Positions 48,558 through 55,716 of a stretch of DNA of 64,000 nucleotides are shown piece by piece. Position 1 is the stretch's first letter. Each line of letters starts with the position of its first letter. The stretch spans positions 3,383 to 67,382 of the forward strand of contig JBQTKH010000015.1 in NCBI GenBank assembly GCA_052386335.1. Direction: 5' to 3'. The notes beneath the pieces were generated by a model. That model was not told the DNA's origin and made no database searches. It saw nothing but the letters and a program-made list of their open reading frames with translations. A program made the position numbers and the translations under genes. This DNA comes from Microthrixaceae bacterium. GTDB lineage: Bacteria > Actinomycetota > Acidimicrobiia > Acidimicrobiales > VFJN01.

Positions 48558-50191
48558 ACGCGCGTAATACGAAGTCCCAGGGCGACCTCTTCACTACCAT
48601 CGACGGCCGACTCGCTCGCACCACCTCCTCGATGGTGTGGGCCGCGTACGCCGACGCCATTGGCTTCATCAGCGAGCTCGTCGACGAGAAGGGTCTGCTC
48701 CGGCGCACGAAGGGCGCCGCTGCGCTTGACGTGGCTATTTCCTGGAGGCGCCGCGTGGGGGGTCGCGGAGGCGTTGACGCCGTGCTCCCCGCCGGCTGCT
48801 GGTCAGACGACACGCAGCTCCGAATGGCCGTAAGCCGCACGCTCGGACCCCGCGGGTTTGATGTAGAAGCCTTCGCCAAGGTCGAACTGCCGGTGTGGCC
48901 CGCGTACGCGCTCGGCGGCGGCCGCGCATCCAAGGCAGCGGCCGGCAACCTCAGCAAGGCGGAGGTTCGTTGGTACGCGAACACGTTCGACGGCTGGACG
49001 AATGCAGGAGGTAATGGTGCCGCGATGCGGATCCAACCTCACGTCTGGGCCGCCGCTGACCTCGAGCACGGCTATCAGCAGGATGTTGTGGCGGATGCCG
49101 TAGTGACCCACGGTCACCCGCGGGCGATCGTCGGTGCCCTCTTCCATGCTGGGACGCTGGCGCACACCCTTCGATCGCACGACGCGCTCAACCTCAACGC
49201 GTGCTTGGAGATCGCCGCCGAGGTCAATCACGCTTTGAAGGTCTTCGACGACCACCGCCACCTTGGTGAAACCTGGTGTGGCCTGTGGGAACAGGCCACC
49301 GGTCGGTCGTTCTCTGATGAGTGGCGGTCCACCGTGGATGAACTCTCGGTCGCCATTGACCTCGCGATGGGGCCTTCCGGTCCGAGTCAGGATCTCAAGT
49401 CGGATTACCTCTCCATCGTCGACCGCCTCGGGCTTCGTGACCCTGAGCAGCGCGGGAGCGGACTGCTTACGCCGGTCGCAGCGGCTGCACTCGCCGGCCT
49501 GGCTCCGAACACCAACAGCGCCGTCCTGGTTGCGGTGAACGCGTTGGGCACCGATACAGACACGATCGCCACGATGGCTGCAGCGATCCTGGGCGCTCGG
49601 TGGCCGGAGGTGTCACCAGAGATCCAGCCGATCGACTCGGCATACCTCGCGGCCGAAGCAGAGCGCCTGGTCGCGATCTCGAAGGGTGAGGAGGTGGAGT
49701 GCCAGAGCTACCCTGACCTACTGACGTGGACTGCACCGGTGACGCAGGCCGATGCTCTTGTTCAGCACCATGACCAACTCGTGGTCGAAGGGCTCGGCGT
49801 CGTGTCCGAGGACGAGCGACCGATCGTCTGGACCGGCAAGCACGACTTCGGCTGGCAGTGGGTCATCACGAGCTTTGGACAGTCCCTGTTGATCAAGCGG
49901 CGGCCAACGCTTAGAACCCTCGGAGCGTCGAACACGCTCGCTCCCCCGCCGTCACCGCCCACGGTCGCGCGCAAGAGCGGCTCAAAGGACCGCCAGGCTG
50001 ACCGTACCGATACGGGGACGCCGATCCCGATCGACCGCGGGGTGAACCTCGACGGAGCCATCGAGCATGCGATCCACAACATCGGTGATGACCAGAAGCT
50101 TGGCTACACGTTACGCCGGGTCGCCCGAGACGGGACTTTCGCTGATCTCGTCGCGTTCGTGACCGCACTGCGAGACGAGCTCAGACGCTGA
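48554..50191 (+). CDS. ADP-ribosylglycohydrolase (ARH/DraG family) with a ~170-aa C-terminal extension
   Basis: ATG at 48554 overlaps the DarT-like stop (ATGA). ARH motifs are AYADAIGF, CWSDDTQL, GGNGAAMRI and LGTDTDTIATMAAAILG. No macrodomain-like segment was noticed. Confidence 0.8.
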   Translation: MNARNTKSQGDLFTTIDGRLARTTSSMVWAAYADAIGFISELVDEKGLLRRTKGAAALDVAISWRRRVGGRGGVDAVLPAGCWSDDTQLRMAVSRTLGPRGFDVEAFAKVELPVWPAYALGGGRASKAAAGNLSKAEVRWYANTFDGWTNAGGNGAAMRIQPHVWAAADLEHGYQQDVVADAVVTHGHPRAIVGALFHAGTLAHTLRSHDALNLNACLEIAAEVNHALKVFDDHRHLGETWCGLWEQATGRSFSDEWRSTVDELSVAIDLAMGPSGPSQDLKSDYLSIVDRLGLRDPEQRGSGLLTPVAAAALAGLAPNTNSAVLVAVNALGTDTDTIATMAAAILGARWPEVSPEIQPIDSAYLAAEAERLVAISKGEEVECQSYPDLLTWTAPVTQADALVQHHDQLVVEGLGVVSEDERPIVWTGKHDFGWQWVITSFGQSLLIKRRPTLRTLGASNTLAPPPSPPTVARKSGSKDRQADRTDTGTPIPIDRGVNLDGAIEHAIHNIGDDQKLGYTLRRVARDGTFADLVAFVTALRDELRR

Positions 50192-50239
50192 CCACCCTGC
50201 TGAGACGGCGACGGTTTCACTAGATGCGACACTCGCGGA

Positions 50240-50785
50240 GTGTCCAGATTTGAGTGGCGCGAAGGGGAGGTCGTCATCCACGAGCTGACCGAGTCACCGC
50301 GGGATCGCAAGCGCGCCGAGGCAGTCAGGGCGAGGGCAGCGGGTTGCGCCGACGCGTGCGTCGCGCTTCTCGCCATCCCTGATGTCGACGACCGGGTCAT
50401 GCGCAAGATGCTCCTGACGCTGACCCGGCTCGCTACCCGTCCGAAGTGGCGTAACGAAATCAAACTGCGATCGGCCGGCGCTCTCGACGTCAACTGGGCC
50501 GACGCCCGAGCTGGTGGCGATCCGCTGCACATCGAGCACGTCGTGCCCGTACGCGTCCTCGTTGAGCGGATGCTCACGTGCCACGACGAGCCAGCCGAGG
50601 TGTTCGCCATCTCCGTGCTCGCGGTCTGTCGGAAGTCGGAACACGAACGGATCGGACCGCTGCTCAAGAATCATGGCGACGTCTACGAGCAGATGATCGA
50701 CCCGACGACGCCTCTCTCAGCACTCCCCGGCTTGGGCCGCCTCCGCTACGTACGCGCCGAGATCGGTCTGCACGAGGTCGCATAG
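50240..50785 (+). CDS. hypothetical protein with a His-Me-finger/HNH-like LHIEHVVPV motif
   Basis: 181-aa ORF starting 48 nt after the ARH gene on the same strand. The DPLHIEHVVPVRVLVERML motif resembles HNH/DUF1524-type nucleases. Unverified. Confidence 0.45.
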   Translation: MSRFEWREGEVVIHELTESPRDRKRAEAVRARAAGCADACVALLAIPDVDDRVMRKMLLTLTRLATRPKWRNEIKLRSAGALDVNWADARAGGDPLHIEHVVPVRVLVERMLTCHDEPAEVFAISVLAVCRKSEHERIGPLLKNHGDVYEQMIDPTTPLSALPGLGRLRYVRAEIGLHEVA

Positions 50786-50790
50786 GGACC

Positions 50791-50964
50791 GTGGCCGACT
50801 ACCCCGGCGGCATCTGTCCAGTCTGCGGAGACTGGGTGACCGAATGCGACTACGAGGATCCGCGCGACGACGGCGGCTGTTGGGCCTGCAGCGGCAATGC
50901 CCGCACCAGGACCTATCTGCAGCAGTTCTACGACCTGCCCGACGACTGGATTCCCGGCGACTGA
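50791..50964 (+). CDS. small zinc-ribbon-like protein (57 aa)
   Basis: GTG at 50791 in ORF 50578..50964, 5 nt after the preceding stop. ICPVCGDWVTEC...GGCWACSG provides two CxxC pairs. Confidence 0.35.
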   Translation: MADYPGGICPVCGDWVTECDYEDPRDDGGCWACSGNARTRTYLQQFYDLPDDWIPGD

Positions 50965-51021
50965 TCGCAGGATGCGCCGGTCGCCTCCGAGCACGCGTGA
51001 CACTTCCGAGTATCGCCACGC

Positions 51022-52791
51022 CTAGGTCTGGGGTGTGGCGCGCTTGCGGAGACGCCGATCTCGGTACCAGGGACGAAGGCGGACGTGAGCCGGTGGCAGG
51101 GTGCCATGGATGAGCAAGGCGTCGCCCGGATGCATACGGCGGAGCGTTGCCGACGGGACGAGGGGAACGGTTGCCACGCTGTTCTCGCGCGTGCCGTCGC
51201 CCTGGCTCGTGCCATCGCTGAGACGAGCGGGCAGGTGCTCTTCCCCGAGGAGACGGCTGACGTAGTCGAGGCCCGGTGAGTCGGTCATGCCGGCGTAGAA
51301 GAGCTTGCTGAGATGGTTGGTCAGGATCCCCTGCGCGTGGCGACCGTAGGCAGCCTCGATCTGGCTGACGGACTGCCAGGCCGTCACGAGTTGGACGCCG
51401 ATCCCCGACAACGTGGCCGCCCAAGAGGGCAGCTGGTCGGGCCGGAGGATGGCCGCCTCATCCATCACGATGAGCAGCGGAGGATCCAGAGGCTTGTTGG
51501 TCCTGACGTACCGCTCGAAGGCCTGGCCGACGAGGTCGTTGAGCATCCCGCCGAGCACCGGGCGCAGCCGATGCTGATCGGCGACCGGCGCACAGACGTA
51601 GAGCGTGTTCGGGCCCGACATCAGCCAGTCGAGGTCGATCGTTGAACCCGCGGACGCTGCGGTTACGAGCGGGTCGACCCAGGGCCACACCATCGTGCGG
51701 GCGGTGGCGTAGACAGACGAAACCGTGCGAGCGTCGTTCCGCCACAGGCCCTCGAGGACCATCGACGCGAACTGGCCCGCTTCCTTCCGGCTCGGGTCGG
51801 AGTCGGCCTTCAGCGCCCGGATGAGCGGCGGCACCTCGCCGACGAAGCCCTCGACCGGCATGTCGGTCGAGAGGACCCACCGGACCACGTCGGCGAAGGT
51901 GCGGCCCTCGGTGTTGGCGGCCACGTTGAGCAGAGCGGCCAGAAGGCTCTCGGCCATCTGGCTCCAGAAGTCGGACTGCTCGCCTTGGGTGCGGGGGGCG
52001 GCCTCAGTGAGCGACCGTGCGGCCCGCACGGCACCCGAAGAGGTGGCGGCGGCTCGGAGAGGCGTCCACGTGGCGGTCGGATGCCCGGTGACCCCGCTCG
52101 GGTCGAACACCTGGACCGCACCGGCAGCCGCTCGCCACTGACCGGTTGCACCGAGCAGGTCGGACTTGACCGAGCACAGCACCGCCGGTCCCTCCCAATC
52201 GAGGATCCCTCCGATGGCCGCCGTCGTCTTCCCCGAGCGCGTCGGTCCGATGAGCGCCACCGCTCCCCTGCCGGCGTGCCGCCCTCGCCGTCGACGTGGC
52301 GCCGTCGTTCGCTCGGTTGCAACGATTCGACGGCCGACACGACCGAGGACGAACCGCCCGGGCTCCGGGCGACGAACGGTGAGCGCACGAAGGTCAGAGG
52401 GTCGAGCGATCCGGCCAGTGGCCGGGACTCCGAGGCGGCTCCGGCGGTCGAGCGCCTCCCTCCCTCCACCAGTCACGCGGACGACCACCAAGCCGGCCGC
52501 CGCCACGGCGACGATCACAAGCGCCGTCGCCAACCAGTACGGGGTCGCACCCGGCAGCTCGGCTCCTACTGCCGCCGGCCAGGCCAGCCGCGGTTCTCCG
52601 GCATGAGATGGCAGCTGCGCAAGGGCCTGGAGGGCATCTCCGAGGCTGATGTCGACGAACTCGCCGCCGTGCAGGAACGCCGCAAGCTGAGCTCCGGCCC
52701 ACACCGCGGCGCTCAGCGCTGTCCCGGCGACGATGCACACCTCGAACGCGCCGAACGACTGCCTCTCCTGATCCATCGTTGCTCCCTTCAT
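51022..52791 (-). CDS. type IV coupling protein (TraG/VirD4/TraD family)
   Basis: 589-aa ORF with two N-terminal TMs, Walker A GPTRSGKTT and Walker B LLIVMDEAA. Its start overlaps the relaxase stop. Confidence 0.85.
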   Translation of the reverse strand: MKGATMDQERQSFGAFEVCIVAGTALSAAVWAGAQLAAFLHGGEFVDISLGDALQALAQLPSHAGEPRLAWPAAVGAELPGATPYWLATALVIVAVAAAGLVVVRVTGGGREALDRRSRLGVPATGRIARPSDLRALTVRRPEPGRFVLGRVGRRIVATERTTAPRRRRGRHAGRGAVALIGPTRSGKTTAAIGGILDWEGPAVLCSVKSDLLGATGQWRAAAGAVQVFDPSGVTGHPTATWTPLRAAATSSGAVRAARSLTEAAPRTQGEQSDFWSQMAESLLAALLNVAANTEGRTFADVVRWVLSTDMPVEGFVGEVPPLIRALKADSDPSRKEAGQFASMVLEGLWRNDARTVSSVYATARTMVWPWVDPLVTAASAGSTIDLDWLMSGPNTLYVCAPVADQHRLRPVLGGMLNDLVGQAFERYVRTNKPLDPPLLIVMDEAAILRPDQLPSWAATLSGIGVQLVTAWQSVSQIEAAYGRHAQGILTNHLSKLFYAGMTDSPGLDYVSRLLGEEHLPARLSDGTSQGDGTRENSVATVPLVPSATLRRMHPGDALLIHGTLPPAHVRLRPWYRDRRLRKRATPQT

Positions 52792-55247
52792 CGTTCATGC
52801 CCTGGCGGATCCAGGACGTCGACGGCCGCTGTCTTCGCGCCGCTGCGCCCGAGCGCGGTGCTAAACGCGGCGATGGGGTCGACCGTCGGGCCGAATCCGT
52901 GGCCCCCGTCCCGATCGGGGGCGACGAGGTAGAGCTGGTTCTGCTTCTTGCCGCGGGTGAGGCTCGTGTAGCCGGTCTCGATCGTGAAGCTGTCGTCGCC
53001 GAGGACGAAGACGCGGTCGTAGGTGGCGCCCTGGCTCTTGTAGATCGTCGCCGCGTAGCCGTGGGTGAGGTGGCCTGCCTCCAGGTAGGCGAGCGGAAGC
53101 TCGACGAAGCGACCCTCATCCAGCTGGATCAGCAGGCCGTCATCGGTCAGCGAGTGGGCGACACCGTGGTCGTTGTTCAAGATCCCGAGCCGGTAGTCGT
53201 TGCGATGGGCCAGCACTTCGTCCCCGACTGCGAACTCCACGCCGTCCACCTCGACGAGCGCCTCGCCGATCTCGCCGTGACTGAGGCGCATCTCGCGGGC
53301 CCGAGCGTTGAGGTCGGCGACCGCTGAGCGGTGGGACGCGATCATCACGGCGTTGTCGCCGCCGCACCGTGAGGTGTACCAGTCGCCGACGAGGCCGTCG
53401 CGGAGCACGTCGGCGTTCGAGGCGGTGGTGATCCCACCGTGGCGTTCGAGCCGAGTCATCGCCTGATCGACCTGCCTCGTGCGCAGCTCCTGAGCGACCG
53501 CTCGCTCGTCGGGGTCGAGCTGTCGTCGGTTCTCGACGAGCTCCTCGTAGCCGAGGCGATCGGCGACGCTCGAGAACAGCCCGCCGGCGCCGATCTCGGG
53601 CAGCTGCTTCGGATCCCCGACGAGCACGACCTTTGCCCCGACCGTCCGCGCCTCGCCGATGACGGCGGCGAGACGACGAGTTCCGATCATGCCGCTCTCG
53701 TCGACGATGACCACGGTTCGATCGGTCAGCTCTTCTCGGCCCTGGGAGAGTCGGAGCAGCAGCCGGTCGGCGGTCTGGCTCGGGATGCCGGCGCCGTGCC
53801 GCAGCTCGCTGGCCGCCTTGGCGGCGAGTGCAGTCCCTACCACGCGGTACCCGTCGGCCTCCCAGGCCTCCCGTGCGGCATCGAGACAGAAGGTCTTTCC
53901 GGTGCCGGCCGGGCCGATGAGCACGTCGACGGCGTTCCCAGAAGTGACGAGAGCGTGAACAGCCCGACGCTGGTCATCGCCGAGGGACGGACGGGCGGCG
54001 AGGCTGGCTTCGACGGCCCCATCGCCAACGACGCCGCAACCGCTCCCCTGGCCATCGAGGGCCACAGCGATCGCCTGTCGCTCGATCTGGAGCATCTCGG
54101 GCGTGGTCCAGCGGCTGTCCGACACGACCACGGCGGACTCCGACGCAAGGAAGGCGTCGGTTCGCTCTTCGATGGCGACCAGCGCGGCACCCTGGGTCGC
54201 CGCTTGGGCGATGGCGCGGACGACGTCTCGACGCTCGAACGTGGCGTGCTGTTCGGTGACGCGCGCCGCCAGCTCCGAGTCGTCGACGTCGATCGCAGGA
54301 GTTCGTGGAAGGCGAGCGAGATCATCGACGCTGAAGCCGAACGGCTCCGCGCGTGCCGCCCACCGATCTCGAAGCTCCCCCTCGGGGACGTGTTCGGTCT
54401 TGGCTCGCCGCGTGTCGAGGGTGGCGGCCTGCGCGCCCTTCGCCGAGTGCGCGCCATGCCGCTCCATCGAGGCGACGATCTCCCGACGACGGCCACTGAA
54501 CTCCTCGCGCAGCGACTTGGGCACGCCGGCCACGTCGGCGTACCCCTGCTCGACCTCCTCGAAGAGCAGGCCTACCGAGCGAGCCAGCTCGTCGCGCAGG
54601 ACGGCCTGGTAGACGAACCCGGCCGTGCGGGCGTGGCGGTAGACGTGACGGGAGTCGAGGGCGGTCCACCGGCCGTCGTCCCCCTGGGCCAGGTTGGCGA
54701 CGAGAACGTGCGTGTGGAGCGCCGGGTCGGCGAGGCGGCTGGTCCGGTGCCGGAACCCGGCCGCCGCGAAGCCGCTTCCTTCGATCACCTCTGCGCCGGC
54801 ATGGCCGCGCCGGACGTGGCACGCGTAGCGCTCGAGGTAGGTGATGGCGGCGTCCACCGCCCGCTCGTGGCAGTCGACGACGGTCGCAGCCATGTCGGCA
54901 TCACCGAGGCCCCAGACGATCGACACCGACTTCGGCGCCGACAGCGTGAGGTCCAGCCCCGGCACGCTCGCGTTCGTGGCGCGCAGCGGCGCGCCCGTGG
55001 TCGGGTGGACCCCGGAGAGGACGGCGCGCAGATCCTCGGCGCCAACGACGCCGTCGAGCCCGAGGCCCCTTGCTGCCGTGCCGAGCCATCGGCCGGGCGC
55101 TTCGCCGGCGTCGAGGTAGTAGTCCTCGGCTCCGTCGAGGACCTCGGCCAGGTAGTACGCCTCCTGGCCGAGGCTGAGCTTGCCGATGCTCAGCACGACG
55201 AGCGACGCCTGCCGGGCACCCTGGTGCAAGTGTGTGGAATCGTCCAT
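52788..55247 (-). CDS. MobF family relaxase with C-terminal SF1 helicase (TrwC/TraA-like)
   Basis: ATG at 55247 (alternative GTG 55196) in ORF 52788..55493. The N-terminus LSIGKLSLGQEAYYLAEV...DYYL...GEAPGRWLG and HTHVLVAN match a MobF relaxase. Helicase Walker A is LIGPAGTGKTF and Walker B is VVIVDESGM. Confidence 0.85.
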   Translation of the reverse strand: MDDSTHLHQGARQASLVVLSIGKLSLGQEAYYLAEVLDGAEDYYLDAGEAPGRWLGTAARGLGLDGVVGAEDLRAVLSGVHPTTGAPLRATNASVPGLDLTLSAPKSVSIVWGLGDADMAATVVDCHERAVDAAITYLERYACHVRRGHAGAEVIEGSGFAAAGFRHRTSRLADPALHTHVLVANLAQGDDGRWTALDSRHVYRHARTAGFVYQAVLRDELARSVGLLFEEVEQGYADVAGVPKSLREEFSGRRREIVASMERHGAHSAKGAQAATLDTRRAKTEHVPEGELRDRWAARAEPFGFSVDDLARLPRTPAIDVDDSELAARVTEQHATFERRDVVRAIAQAATQGAALVAIEERTDAFLASESAVVVSDSRWTTPEMLQIERQAIAVALDGQGSGCGVVGDGAVEASLAARPSLGDDQRRAVHALVTSGNAVDVLIGPAGTGKTFCLDAAREAWEADGYRVVGTALAAKAASELRHGAGIPSQTADRLLLRLSQGREELTDRTVVIVDESGMIGTRRLAAVIGEARTVGAKVVLVGDPKQLPEIGAGGLFSSVADRLGYEELVENRRQLDPDERAVAQELRTRQVDQAMTRLERHGGITTASNADVLRDGLVGDWYTSRCGGDNAVMIASHRSAVADLNARAREMRLSHGEIGEALVEVDGVEFAVGDEVLAHRNDYRLGILNNDHGVAHSLTDDGLLIQLDEGRFVELPLAYLEAGHLTHGYAATIYKSQGATYDRVFVLGDDSFTIETGYTSLTRGKKQNQLYLVAPDRDGGHGFGPTVDPIAAFSTALGRSGAKTAAVDVLDPPGHER

Positions 55248-55311
55248 CTGGTCCGGACGGACATGACGAACCGGGACGAGCGGCTCGACAGACTCACGGG
55301 ATCGATGGCGG

Positions 55312-55524
55312 TCACGCGCTGGTGCCGGCGCCGCCGACCTGCAGGTAGCGCTCGATGGCTGCCCGCGGGACCCGGATGGTGCGACCCAGCCGGATGACCG
55401 GGAGCCCCGCTTCGCCATTTGACGCAAGCCAGGCATGGGCGAGTTCGTAGGCGGCGGATCGCGAGATCCGGAGGATGCGGGCAGCTTCCTCAACTCGAAG
55501 GAATGGGGGCAGCTGCTCAGTCAT
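55312..55524 (-). CDS. excisionase-family helix-turn-helix DNA-binding protein (Xis or relaxosome accessory)
   Basis: 70-aa ORF. FLRVEEAARILRISRSAAYELA...IRLGRTIRVPRAAIERYL is the MerR-like excisionase HTH pattern. Confidence 0.8.
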   Translation of the reverse strand: MTEQLPPFLRVEEAARILRISRSAAYELAHAWLASNGEAGLPVIRLGRTIRVPRAAIERYLQVGGAGTSA

Positions 55525-55716
55525 GAGGTCGTCTCCTGGGGGTGCCGACTCGGCGGTTACCTACATAGGCCCTCTTTGGCCGCCGGACATCGCGTTACTG
55601 GTGAGACAGATTGCGATTCCCCGGACCTTGGTAAGCCCCGTAGGGGGGCCGTTCCCCGGCCCGACTTCGGCCCAATGCAAGACTCCCGGGATGGCCGAGC
55701 TGAGGGGTGGCGTGGA

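Noticed and set aside
48554-50191. Looked for a macrodomain (DarG-like) within or next to the ARH gene.
   Set aside because: I saw no macrodomain-like motifs in the ARH C-terminal extension or in neighbouring ORFs. The antidote candidate is the ARH domain itself. This needs confirmation by profile search.
55525-55716. Search for an oriT-like inverted repeat or nic site in the gap between the xis-like gene and the Type ISP gene.
   Set aside because: Only short, weak hairpins were seen (e.g. GCCCC-GTA-GGGGGC). Nothing is convincing enough to annotate, and a search or experiment is needed.
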